A DNA stretch of 64,000 nucleotides from an uncultured archaeon (GCA_964347045.1 CAYFXC010000002.1:116285-180284), one strand, 5' to 3'. Positions 28,280 to 37,377 are shown, numbered from the stretch's first letter. Numbers and translations: made by a program. The notes: generated from the letters alone by a model not told the origin.

Positions 28280-29677
28280 ATGGCAATTGCTTCTGAGGAG
28301 TTCCTAGATAGGGTGGAAAACCGTATTCTGAACCGTTTGGTTCCCCAGGAAAGGAGTCCTGTTAGGAGCCTGTTACAGAATGTGATAATTCTAATTAAAC
28401 GTGTTAGGGGCCAACAACTAAGTGAGGATGAAAGAGTATATCCACTACATCCTCTTTTAGCTGTTATCGGTCAAAAAGCAGGAGAGATGACGCTACAAAC
28501 CCTTCTTTATCGATTACATCTAGTTGACAGATATGAATTTAATAAATCAAAGGATATTATTAGTGTTCTAACTCGAAAAATTCCCATTGGAATTAACGAA
28601 TCATTATCAGCTCGCAAAGCCCAAATTCTTTGGCATTTATTCCAAAATCCTTCACTCCCCAAATATCAATTAGCCAAGGAACTAGGCACAACACCACGCA
28701 CCATATCAAAAGAATTAACTGAATTGCATCAGGATTTGGCGTTTAACATTTGGACAACGCTTGATGCTCATAAATTCCATTTTGTTGTGAAAACCATTAT
28801 ATTCAGAACACGATCAATAGAACACACAAAACGGCTGGAGAATTTCATTTCTAAAGGACAAGGATTTCTCCGCACATTTCATCTTGATCAAGATATACGA
28901 AGCGGTGAAATTGTTTATCGATATCCTGATCAACCAGAAGCCCATAAGATGTTTAAAGAGCGATATCGTTGGCTTCAAGATGAGTTCTTTATCGAATCTC
29001 ATTTAGTTCAAATTCTTGGGTTATTCCAATCGATTTCGCTTGAGACATATAATCCAGCAACGAATTCCTTTTCAATTGAACCGGAAATAGTCTCAGAAGC
29101 ACCGTTCGGCTACTTTAAAGGGCATCTTGATACACTCCCCCAACCTCAGGGAATAGACTACACACAACCATTTAGGTTCGACAAAGCAGATTTTCTTTTA
29201 GCTGATACCCTATATTCATCTGGACCTTTTAGGAAATCCGATTACAAACGAAATCTTTTGAACCGACATGGTATCAACTACTCAATGAAAACAGTCTGGA
29301 AGAAAGAACAACGACTTCGAAGAGAGAATGCCGCAATTCCAATGATTGATCTACAAATTCCAGGTTTTGACGAAGATTTACTCTTTGTTGTGTTTTGTAC
29401 ACCAGACGCAACTAAGTCGATTCATGCGATCTCAGCATTTCTTCCATTTGTTATGACTTTTAACACAGATTCAGGCTGTTTTTTGAGAATCCAACGTCCA
29501 ATTCATACATCTACTCTTACGGGACAGCTGATTCGTAAAATCAATCATCAAAAAGGAGTTTTTGATGTAAAATTGCTTCGTTTTCAATGGAGAATCCAGA
29601 TGCCGATATTACCGAAAATTGTTGATTGCTGGAATATCGAGGAACAGAAATGGTTGATACAGGAAGACGCCATTTGA
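28280..29677 (+). CDS. Large double wHTH/Lrp-like DNA-binding protein, paralog 1
   Basis: HTH QLAKELGTTPRTISKELTEL. Second HTH-like segment. Internal duplication. Homologous to 29699 and 34817 ORFs. Confidence 0.75.
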   Translation: MAIASEEFLDRVENRILNRLVPQERSPVRSLLQNVIILIKRVRGQQLSEDERVYPLHPLLAVIGQKAGEMTLQTLLYRLHLVDRYEFNKSKDIISVLTRKIPIGINESLSARKAQILWHLFQNPSLPKYQLAKELGTTPRTISKELTELHQDLAFNIWTTLDAHKFHFVVKTIIFRTRSIEHTKRLENFISKGQGFLRTFHLDQDIRSGEIVYRYPDQPEAHKMFKERYRWLQDEFFIESHLVQILGLFQSISLETYNPATNSFSIEPEIVSEAPFGYFKGHLDTLPQPQGIDYTQPFRFDKADFLLADTLYSSGPFRKSDYKRNLLNRHGINYSMKTVWKKEQRLRRENAAIPMIDLQIPGFDEDLLFVVFCTPDATKSIHAISAFLPFVMTFNTDSGCFLRIQRPIHTSTLTGQLIRKINHQKGVFDVKLLRFQWRIQMPILPKIVDCWNIEEQKWLIQEDAI

Positions 29678-29698
29678 GCTATGGAGGAAGGTCAAATA

Positions 29699-31120
29699 AT
29701 GACACGCGGGAAAAGACAGCTCAAACAAAAAGAGGATATCACTCAAGAGTTTATTGAACGTATCATTACCCGTTCTAGACCAGAAGACGATCACGAGGAA
29801 CTGCGGATTTTTCTTACTAATGTGCGTCTATTCATTAAGCGTGTTGAAGGTTTCGATTTAACTGAGGATGAAAAAGAATATCCGCCTCATTCACAATTCA
29901 CACATCATACCTTGAGGAAGGGACGAAGTACAGCGGACGGTTTGAAGTATCGATTGAGAACAATTGACCGATACAAGATAACCAACGTCCAACAAATAAT
30001 CAACATAATAGCATCAACCGCGGTTTCAAGTCCAAAAGGAAAATTAACTCTCCGACAGATACAGATAATCCAAGAACTACACAAAAACCCCCTATTACCT
30101 CAATACGAACTCGTACAGCGACTCTCTACAACTTCCTCAATCATTCGGAACGAACTAAAATTTCTTCGGCGACGTTTTTCGATGGGCATAATTAACAATT
30201 TAGATTACAATAAATTCAAGTTAGGACTATTTGAGATTGATTTTCGCACCATGTCCTTAGATGCCTCTGAAAAACTTGAAATGCATTATCGACGAACTCC
30301 ACCTCCATTTCTACGACGGATTAGTTTTGACCATAACTACCGCGATGGTTTCATTCACTATTTAATTCCAGATCAACCTTCGAGCCATCAAAAGCTTGCT
30401 GAACGGATTGCTTGGTTAAACTCAAACTTCTTACAGGAATCGGCTTGTTTTCGAACACATGGTTTTCGAGTTGACTTGTCATTTGAAAATTACAATATTC
30501 CCACCGGAACTTGGATGCTTGATGCAAATACATTTTCAGTCGACATGTTAGAATTCCTATCTCGTCAAAAACGTGATCAACCCCAACCGCGGGAACGTAC
30601 ATACACGAATCCGATTCACTTTGATAGGGTTGACTATATTCTTGCGTCTACCCCCTATCTTTTTGGAGAAAAGCAGCGTATTGAAGTTCGACAAAAGGTG
30701 TTAAAACGCCACGGGTACACAATATCCAAGAAAACGATTTGGAACCGTGAAAAGAAATTACAGCAGGCAGATGTTTTTTATCCGTCAGTTTGGTATGATT
30801 CCCCTGAGTTGGAGGAGCTTGTGAAATTCACTATAAACTGTACAAATAATGCACTCGAAAAGATTTACCGTCTTATTTCCATCCTACCATACACTTATTC
30901 GGTGCCAACGGACGTCGGTGTGACCTTCACGTTCCAACGACCGAGTCGATGTTCTTCGATAACTGGATTATTAACGAAAGCGTTTGACAAAATTGATGGA
31001 GTCTCAAATATTTGGGTGATCCGATATGAGCCTACATTCAGTCCACAGTTGTTTACCCAAGTTGTAGATCGATGGGATGAAAGTCATCAACGTTGGTTAC
31101 TACAAAAAGGCGACATTTAA
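29699..31120 (+). CDS. Large double wHTH/Lrp-like DNA-binding protein, paralog 2
   Basis: HTH ELVQRLSTTSSIIRNELKFL; LDYNKFKL; SKKTIWNREKKL. Confidence 0.75.
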   Translation: MTRGKRQLKQKEDITQEFIERIITRSRPEDDHEELRIFLTNVRLFIKRVEGFDLTEDEKEYPPHSQFTHHTLRKGRSTADGLKYRLRTIDRYKITNVQQIINIIASTAVSSPKGKLTLRQIQIIQELHKNPLLPQYELVQRLSTTSSIIRNELKFLRRRFSMGIINNLDYNKFKLGLFEIDFRTMSLDASEKLEMHYRRTPPPFLRRISFDHNYRDGFIHYLIPDQPSSHQKLAERIAWLNSNFLQESACFRTHGFRVDLSFENYNIPTGTWMLDANTFSVDMLEFLSRQKRDQPQPRERTYTNPIHFDRVDYILASTPYLFGEKQRIEVRQKVLKRHGYTISKKTIWNREKKLQQADVFYPSVWYDSPELEELVKFTINCTNNALEKIYRLISILPYTYSVPTDVGVTFTFQRPSRCSSITGLLTKAFDKIDGVSNIWVIRYEPTFSPQLFTQVVDRWDESHQRWLLQKGDI

Positions 31121-31130
31121 TCCGTATAGC

Positions 31131-32033
31131 TCATTTGTGTGAAGCGTGGATTATTGTGTAGAAATGGTCAACGAGTTGTTCGGCAATATTGATTTCAGTA
31201 ACTTGCTGTAAACCTTGCCAGCCGCTACTACTATTAACTTCAGTGACAACAGGTCCGTTCTTTGTTTCTAATATGTCAACGCCAGTATAAGCTAACCCAA
31301 TCGTTTCCGCACATTTTTCTGCGATATCGGCAAGCCCGGGTGAAAGGTGAAGGGGTTTGGGCTCGGCTCCTTGTCGGAGAGTTGTTTTCCAGTTATCCCC
31401 AACACGAGTCATTGCAGCAATGGCTTTATTTCCTATGACAAAAACACGGATATCCCGATTCCCGTGCTCAAGATATTCTTGGACATACATGACATATCGA
31501 CTTGCCTCAAGCGCTCGAAACACTCTTCGGGCAATTTCATGATCAGTTATTCGAGTCATTCCTACACCACCGGACCCGAAAAGTGGTTTTACCACGATAT
31601 CTTTGTATCGTCGAAAGGCGTGGAGTGCATCACGCGCATATTGAGTAATTGTTGTTGAAGGAACAGGGATTCCAGCTAATTCAAGTAAACGTAGAGTATA
31701 GTACTTGTCCACAGCTTTTTCGATGGCATGAGGGCGATTCATAAAAGGAATACCAAGGCGTTCGAGGCAGTGAAGAGTATCCATTCGCAAAATTACTTGC
31801 TCTAGGGATCCGCCGGGAACAGCCCGAGTGAACACGCCTTCAAGGGTGGTTAAATCTTCTCTTTTGAACTGAACACGAGGACGTTTTCCTCCAACTCTGA
31901 CGATGGTTTCGGTTACATCGAATACGACGCATTTTGTGTCTCGTCTCTGAATCTCACTAACAAGACGACTTGTCTCCCAGCCTTCAGGTTCCGTTGAAGC
32001 AACACCCACCCGACGAACTCTCCTTCGCAACAT
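31131..32033 (-). CDS. mptN: RimK-family ATP-grasp ligase, probable tetrahydromethanopterin:alpha-L-glutamate ligase
   Basis: GSLEQVILRMDTLH, KPLFGS.G.G, QEY, DIRVFV, GVDI, EVN. H4MPT gene context. Confidence 0.75.
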   Translation of the reverse strand: MLRRRVRRVGVASTEPEGWETSRLVSEIQRRDTKCVVFDVTETIVRVGGKRPRVQFKREDLTTLEGVFTRAVPGGSLEQVILRMDTLHCLERLGIPFMNRPHAIEKAVDKYYTLRLLELAGIPVPSTTITQYARDALHAFRRYKDIVVKPLFGSGGVGMTRITDHEIARRVFRALEASRYVMYVQEYLEHGNRDIRVFVIGNKAIAAMTRVGDNWKTTLRQGAEPKPLHLSPGLADIAEKCAETIGLAYTGVDILETKNGPVVTEVNSSSGWQGLQQVTEINIAEQLVDHFYTIIHASHK

Positions 32034-32036
32034 GTT

Positions 32037-32819
32037 TCACCTTCGAAAAATATCTCGTTCTTCTTCCCGAATAAGGATCTTTGCTGATCCTTTGCCCTTC
32101 TCATAGCGGTATCCGCGAATCACAATAACCGCATTTCCTTCATCAGCCTCACCCATTAGTAATTCTGCGGCAGAGGCTAGTTCATCAGCAATAGCAACTT
32201 TTGTGCTTCGTAATTCATATCCAAAGAGATCGGTTAGACCGACATAACTTTTCATGGGGATGAGGCCGGCGATTCCAATTGCGACATTAATGGCACCATC
32301 TCGGAATGGTCGCCCATGGGTATCGGAAATTATAACACCAACATCTATTCCCAAACACGCTTTGATTGTACTCCGAATTTTTTCCGCAGAAGCGTCAGGG
32401 TTTTGTGGAAGCAGCGTCACACAATCGGGGTTCGGAACATTCGATGAATCGATGCCCGCATTTGCACAAACATAGCCATGGTGAGTTTCTACTATGAGAT
32501 GCCCTTGCTCAGCTCGTACCACTTTGCGTGATGCTTGTAAAATTACCTCAACAAGTTCAGGACGTTTGTCCAACTTCTTAGCAAGTTCTTTAGCCTCCGA
32601 GGAGGGCGTAACAGTTGAAAGGTTGATAGTTCGCCCTTCAGCACGAGATATTATTGTTTGTGCGATAACTAAGATGTCGCCGTTTACAATTGCGAATCCA
32701 CTTTTCTTACTTGCTTCAATAATTTTAGCGCCAACATCATCGCCTACTTTGATAATTTCTAAACGGGGTAAGGAATGGACGGAATATGATAATGAATCAC
32801 TTGGTTTAGATGAAGGCAT
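32037..32819 (-). CDS. cofE: Coenzyme F420-0:L-glutamate ligase
   Basis: SRAEGR, CANAGIDSSN, SDTHGRPFR, ADELASAA..MGE, DIFR. Confidence 0.93.
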   Translation of the reverse strand: MPSSKPSDSLSYSVHSLPRLEIIKVGDDVGAKIIEASKKSGFAIVNGDILVIAQTIISRAEGRTINLSTVTPSSEAKELAKKLDKRPELVEVILQASRKVVRAEQGHLIVETHHGYVCANAGIDSSNVPNPDCVTLLPQNPDASAEKIRSTIKACLGIDVGVIISDTHGRPFRDGAINVAIGIAGLIPMKSYVGLTDLFGYELRSTKVAIADELASAAELLMGEADEGNAVIVIRGYRYEKGKGSAKILIREEERDIFRR

Positions 32820-32969
32820 GTTCGAGTCGTTCGGGATTCCGTTTTTCCAGCTTAAGAGTTTGCCGACTCGAAAGATGACGCCCGAAGGAAAGCTATAAAG
32901 ACGAGAACCACTGCAGCAATCTTATCATCTAACCAATGCCATTGATCTAATGCTTCGAGTGTGCAAAGT

Positions 32970-33578
32970 ATGCATGATAAATTCATTAAATACCATGTTC
33001 AAAAGGGTCAACTGGTTCGGGTTCCCCGAGACTACGAGAACGAGTTTGGGACAGGAGATGTGTATCTGGTAGATACCGGACCCATCATCTATTCTTGGAT
33101 TGGAAAAAAGTCGTCTCCTGATGATCGGTTCATTGGAGCCATTACCTCTGTTTGGAAAGACCATGATCGAAAGGGAGCTGCGAAACTTGTGACTGTGAAT
33201 GAGGGCGAGGAATCTAAAGAATTCTTGGAGCTCTTCCAGGGAAACATCATAATTACAGAACAAGATACTGAGGGAATTTTGAAACGGATAGCTCTCAAGC
33301 AACGCGACTTTAAGCTCTTCCGGGTCCACATTGAGGGCGAACTGAACATGTATTATGAAGTGGACCGATCTAAAGAATCCCTTACAACGGATGATGTCTT
33401 CCTTTTGGATACCTATAATAAAATCTACATTTGGCGAGGGCGAGAAGCTACAGCCTTCGAACGATGGGAAGCAATGCACATCGCAGAATTGTATGATTCT
33501 CAACGCACGGGGCATCAAGAAATCATCATCGTGGAAGAAGATAGTGAGCCTAAAGAATTCTTCAAGCATCTCAAATGA
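32970..33578 (+). CDS. Two-domain gelsolin-like protein
   Basis: Two repeats: GDVYLVDT..IYSWIG..S...EGEESKEF and DDVFLLDT..IYIWRG..A...EDSEPKEF. Confidence 0.9.
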   Translation: MHDKFIKYHVQKGQLVRVPRDYENEFGTGDVYLVDTGPIIYSWIGKKSSPDDRFIGAITSVWKDHDRKGAAKLVTVNEGEESKEFLELFQGNIIITEQDTEGILKRIALKQRDFKLFRVHIEGELNMYYEVDRSKESLTTDDVFLLDTYNKIYIWRGREATAFERWEAMHIAELYDSQRTGHQEIIIVEEDSEPKEFFKHLK

Positions 33579-33595
33579 GACACATAAAAATTGGT

Positions 33596-33762
33596 GGAGT
33601 TAACCAAGAAGGGGGAAGAAATCCCAGTTTTATAATAATACAGTAGGCCCCAAAGCCCTTCTTGGTCAGTTCCCCGCTGGTCTTTTTCTACCAATTCCTG
33701 ATGGTGCCGGTTTAACCCAGCTGAACTCTGCCCCGATGCAGGCGAGAGACAACGGGGCAGAG
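33596..33762 (-). terminator. Structured trailer between gelsolin and the orphan operon (possibly bidirectional)
   Basis: Perfect stems ACCAAGAAGGG/CCCTTCTTGGT (33603-33666) and CTCTGCCCCG/CGGGGCAGAG (33726-33762). U-rich tract downstream on the minus strand. Confidence 0.6.
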
Positions 33763-33774
33763 CCATATGACTGG

Positions 33775-34122
33775 TTAAGTGGCTTCATCGAGGACTAGGC
33801 TAACAAATTGCCCCAATCGACCGGTGTGCTGGATGGCTTTGATGAGTCGAGCCTCGTGCGACGCTTTTTTGACGAGAAGATGATTCTCGCGGACGACAGC
33901 GAGTTCCGTAAGAAGGTCATAGAGCCGACGTAGTTCCATACGGTCGACTTGCTGAGAAAGGCGTTCCAGGAGGCGGAACACGTCGTTCAGTGCAACCTTC
34001 TCGAGCTGGACAAGGTTGTCCGTGACATTTCGCGACCGCAAATAGGATCGGGCCAAGCGTAAAACTGGGTCGCTTTTGTCTTCTGTCCCTGTGGTCACGG
34101 CAATTCCCCTCAGTGTCGCCAT
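33775..34122 (-). CDS. 115-aa orphan helical protein (MATLRGIAV...LDEAT)
   Basis: ATG 34122 is 1 nt after the upstream TAG and has SD-like GGGGGTG. Amphipathic Leu-rich helices. The track TTG start at 34209 is probably wrong. Confidence 0.65.
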   Translation of the reverse strand: MATLRGIAVTTGTEDKSDPVLRLARSYLRSRNVTDNLVQLEKVALNDVFRLLERLSQQVDRMELRRLYDLLTELAVVRENHLLVKKASHEARLIKAIQHTGRLGQFVSLVLDEAT

Positions 34123-34123
34123 A

Positions 34124-34387
34124 CTAAGCACCCCCAACGCTGGCGACGCTTGAGACTTCGCTACCATTCGGTTCAACGCGGACGCGAACTCCGCTAGGAG
34201 TTGCCTCAACGATGAGCCGACCAGTTAGACCGCAGGTATCCTTGACTAATTCTATTAGCAAGGTACCTATCGCTCCAATTTCTCGGAGGTTTTCACACCC
34301 CGTCTTCGGGGTAATATCGATATCGAATGGATAGGCATCCTTGACGCCAATCATTCGCTGGGTTTCTTCCATCAGTTCTGTAGCCAC
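34124..34387 (-). CDS. 87-aa orphan alpha/beta protein (MATELMEE...SVGGA)
   Basis: GTG 34387 preceded by SD AGGTGG. Protein-like composition. Coupled to the downstream ORF. Confidence 0.65.
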   Translation of the reverse strand: MATELMEETQRMIGVKDAYPFDIDITPKTGCENLREIGAIGTLLIELVKDTCGLTGRLIVEATPSGVRVRVEPNGSEVSSVASVGGA

Positions 34388-34405
34388 TTTTATCTCCACC
34401 TTTCT

Positions 34406-34581
34406 AAACACAACTGGGAAAAACGAGAGAACGTGAAACCGATACTAATGCATTCAAGGGACAACTGAGAAAGCCAAACTCAGATTAGTCGTATGCTAGT
34501 ACGGGAACGGATTCGTCTTGTAGGGGGGATCCATTGTTCGGTTTTCACTTCCGGGCTGTTTTTCCCTTGGCGAGTGTGTTT
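34406..34581 (-). promoter_or_regulatory. Long structured 5' leader with possible 12-aa uORF (MDPPYKTNPFPY, 34496-34534)
   Basis: Nested stems 34406-12/34575-81, 34416-24/34558-66, 34433-42/34538-48 and inner CTGAG/CTCAG. BRE/TATA-like AAAGGGCTACTTAAAG on the minus strand at ~34614-34629. Confidence 0.6.
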
Positions 34582-34816
34582 GCTGGAATCTATTACAATC
34601 AATGGGCACAAGCCTTTAAGTAGCCCTTTATGAAGCGTGTAACGGAGCTGACAAAAAAGCCATTTTAGCCAAAAAAAGCAGCCAAAGCGTAGGATGGACT
34701 TTAAACTCATAAACGAGAATGCATTTTCGCAAACAAGAATTAAGTCATCCTGTTCAAAACAGTAATTTCGTCAAAAGGAAACTTTTTATGCCAGTTTCTT
34801 TCTTTCTGACGATGGT

Positions 34817-36253
34817 GTGGCGCGCGTGGCATCTGCTATCGAAGCATCCGATTTGCTCTCCACCTTGAAACATAACATGCATGAATCCATGCGCCCAAGT
34901 GAAGAACTTTTCCAAATTGAGTGTCTGATAGATAACCTAAGAGTGTTTGCAAAAAGGTCAAGGGGGATTCCTCTTAGTGAAGACGATCACAGGATTCAAC
35001 CTCACCCTGAATTTGATGGAATGACTGTAGTACCTCGCGAAAGAACATACAACTCCCTACTCCGTCGTCTGAAAGTATTACTCCGGTTCAACATAACTTC
35101 TTACGAAAAAGTTTCTCGGGATTTGTTACAGGGACTGGTTTCGGATGAAACTGACCGGCTGACCGGTAGAGAAATTCGACTAATGTCTTTACTTTATCAA
35201 CGCCCAAATACTCCTCAAGCACAAATGGCAAAGGAATTAAAAATAAGCTTGCCCACGATGCGAAAAGACATTCGAACACTTGAAGAAAAAATCGGCCTTC
35301 GTTTTGCTAATCTAGTTGACTGGGGACGTTTCAAGCTACGCCATTATGGTATTTTCTTTATTTCCATGGGAGTTGATGCATCTCGACGCCTTGAAAAAAT
35401 CTTCAATGAAGAGATGTCAACATATCTTACATCGGCTGTGTTTGACACAACATTACTGCGAGGTTTTGTGGGATTTAGACTTCCAGATCAGGGTCGACCA
35501 CTTCAGCTTTTTTATGAGCAGGTTGAAATTTTGAAAGAGAATTTCTTTGAAGTTTGCCAGGTGCATGAGATAAAGCAATATTACCAAGCAATTTGCTTTG
35601 ATCATTTTGACTACGAAACCGGCTCATGGCTCATTGAAGGAGATGTTTCTACCTTAGGTCTTCTGAATTTTGTTCGAGAGAATTGGACTGTTCTTCCGAA
35701 GCCACGAGGATTATCGAACACTTTAGCACGATCATTCGATCAGCTTGACTATTATTTGGCTTCATTTCTGGTAGGCGATGGTCGGGCACAAATGAAAAAA
35801 ATTCAAAATAGGTTGCGTTCCGTGAATATTGATGCTCCTCGAACAACTGTCTCGACCCGGAAGAGCCGACTTTTAAAGGAGAGAACTCTTGAACCCTATT
35901 TTGTATTTGGTACACCACAACTACCGTTTTTCATTACATTTGCAGTCGAATGTGAGCCATATATTGCTGAACAGCTGGCTGTGGGAGTAGCCCAAATGCC
36001 GATGTCATTCGCTACGATATCTAATATTGGTTGCGTTGTAAATGTGAGTGTTCCATCTCGGAATCTTGGTCAAATTCTTAATCTTCTCTCCCTCACTCGC
36101 GAAGAAGAGGCCGTGAATGAGATCTGGCAAATGCAACAATACCGCAATATTGGCTCAGTCGACCCAGCCCAACTTGCTTCTAAGTGGAATGGATCATATT
36201 GGAATTGGTCTGAAGAAGAATTTGCCATTCCGTCGTTGGGTTTGGAGCATTAG
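34817..36253 (+). CDS. Large double wHTH/Lrp-like DNA-binding protein, paralog 3
   Basis: HTH QAQMAKELKISLPTMRKDIRTLEE; VDWGRFKL; PRTTVSTRKSRLLKE. Confidence 0.8.
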   Translation: MARVASAIEASDLLSTLKHNMHESMRPSEELFQIECLIDNLRVFAKRSRGIPLSEDDHRIQPHPEFDGMTVVPRERTYNSLLRRLKVLLRFNITSYEKVSRDLLQGLVSDETDRLTGREIRLMSLLYQRPNTPQAQMAKELKISLPTMRKDIRTLEEKIGLRFANLVDWGRFKLRHYGIFFISMGVDASRRLEKIFNEEMSTYLTSAVFDTTLLRGFVGFRLPDQGRPLQLFYEQVEILKENFFEVCQVHEIKQYYQAICFDHFDYETGSWLIEGDVSTLGLLNFVRENWTVLPKPRGLSNTLARSFDQLDYYLASFLVGDGRAQMKKIQNRLRSVNIDAPRTTVSTRKSRLLKERTLEPYFVFGTPQLPFFITFAVECEPYIAEQLAVGVAQMPMSFATISNIGCVVNVSVPSRNLGQILNLLSLTREEEAVNEIWQMQQYRNIGSVDPAQLASKWNGSYWNWSEEEFAIPSLGLEH

Positions 36254-36326
36254 ACTGAGATTGCGAAAGGATTTTGTCTGCCCGTATTTATTCTATGACT
36301 CCTTTCTGTGATAGGTGGTGTAAATC

Positions 36327-37355
36327 ATTAGCAGTAGCATTGTTTTCCGGGAAGGCGATTTTGTTGAAACTACCGAGGGGTTGATTTTTGATGTGAAGGG
36401 AGTAGTTCATCCACCGGATAGAGTGATTGCATTCTTACGATATTATCCTTCACCAAATGGGAAACGGGAAAGAGATGGACAACGGTATGACAAAGTATAT
36501 CATTTGGCAGAGCGTTTTGATTATCTTAAGCAATATTATTCTCAGTATCTTTATGAGGATGCGATATTTGGACGAGAGCTTCAAGGAATTCCTCACTCTT
36601 TTGTAAAAAAAATTTACCGGCCTAAGGAAAGTCTTGTAAAGTTGAGGGAATTAGAGAAACGGGATTCGTTGCAGCAAGATGTTGTGACCTTTACAGAAAT
36701 GATAGAAGAGGCAGCCCGAATACCATCTAAATCACTAGGCGTTTCAGGAAGTATTCAGGTGGATCTACATGGACCAGCTTCAGATATTGATTTAATTGTA
36801 TATGGTCGTAGAAATGCAAGATCGTTACAACTAGCATTACGTCGGGCGCATATGGTTCCCGAAGAAGGAATTTCTGCTTATCGGCTAGACACCTATCAAC
36901 CTGTGTATAATCTTCGGTGGAGTGGAACAGGGATCCCGATTGATACTATGCTTTTGGTGGATGGCTTGAAGTCAATGCATGGGATTTTTGGCGGGCATCA
37001 TTATTTCATCAGAGCGGTGTTGAGTTGGGATGAGGTGCATGAAAAATATGGTGACCTAATTTATCGGCAATTGGGTCATGCCCGAGCACGATGTATGGTT
37101 ACAGATGACCGTGATGGTTTATTTACGCCATGTCGTTATGAAATTGATGACGTGACCTTTCTGAAAGGAACGAAAGCAAAAAACGTTCGTGAAATTGTAA
37201 GTTTTCGAGGGCGATTTGCTGAGCATGTGCGGCAAGATGAGGAAGTCATTGTGCAAGGTGCATTGGAAAGTGTCGAACATGGCAATGAGAAATGGACGCG
37301 GTTTTTACTAGGAGATACTCCAACAGATATCTTATTACCCAATAGTTTGCTTTGA
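36327..37355 (+). CDS. Archaeal Pol-beta-superfamily nucleotidyltransferase (COG1665-like), paralog 1 (inferred ATT/ATC start)
   Basis: GVSGS...SDIDLIVYG; HPPDRVIAFLRY. The frame extends upstream through FREGDFVETTEG to an in-frame TAA at 36321. Confidence 0.8.
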   Translation: MSSSIVFREGDFVETTEGLIFDVKGVVHPPDRVIAFLRYYPSPNGKRERDGQRYDKVYHLAERFDYLKQYYSQYLYEDAIFGRELQGIPHSFVKKIYRPKESLVKLRELEKRDSLQQDVVTFTEMIEEAARIPSKSLGVSGSIQVDLHGPASDIDLIVYGRRNARSLQLALRRAHMVPEEGISAYRLDTYQPVYNLRWSGTGIPIDTMLLVDGLKSMHGIFGGHHYFIRAVLSWDEVHEKYGDLIYRQLGHARARCMVTDDRDGLFTPCRYEIDDVTFLKGTKAKNVREIVSFRGRFAEHVRQDEEVIVQGALESVEHGNEKWTRFLLGDTPTDILLPNSLL

Positions 37356-37377
37356 GTAATATGTTGGTGGTATTGGG

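Noticed and set aside
33833-34062. Protein-like plus-strand frame with an internal TAG
   Set aside because: Explained as the antisense shadow of the GC-rich minus-strand ORF
34124-34209. Programmed frameshift joining the two orphan ORFs, suggested by the track overlap
   Set aside because: The overlap disappears using the SD-led ATG at 34122
34406-34581. Cobalamin riboswitch (AGGGAA...GTGAAA.CC)
   Set aside because: B12-box elements GCCACUG and GGGAAG are absent
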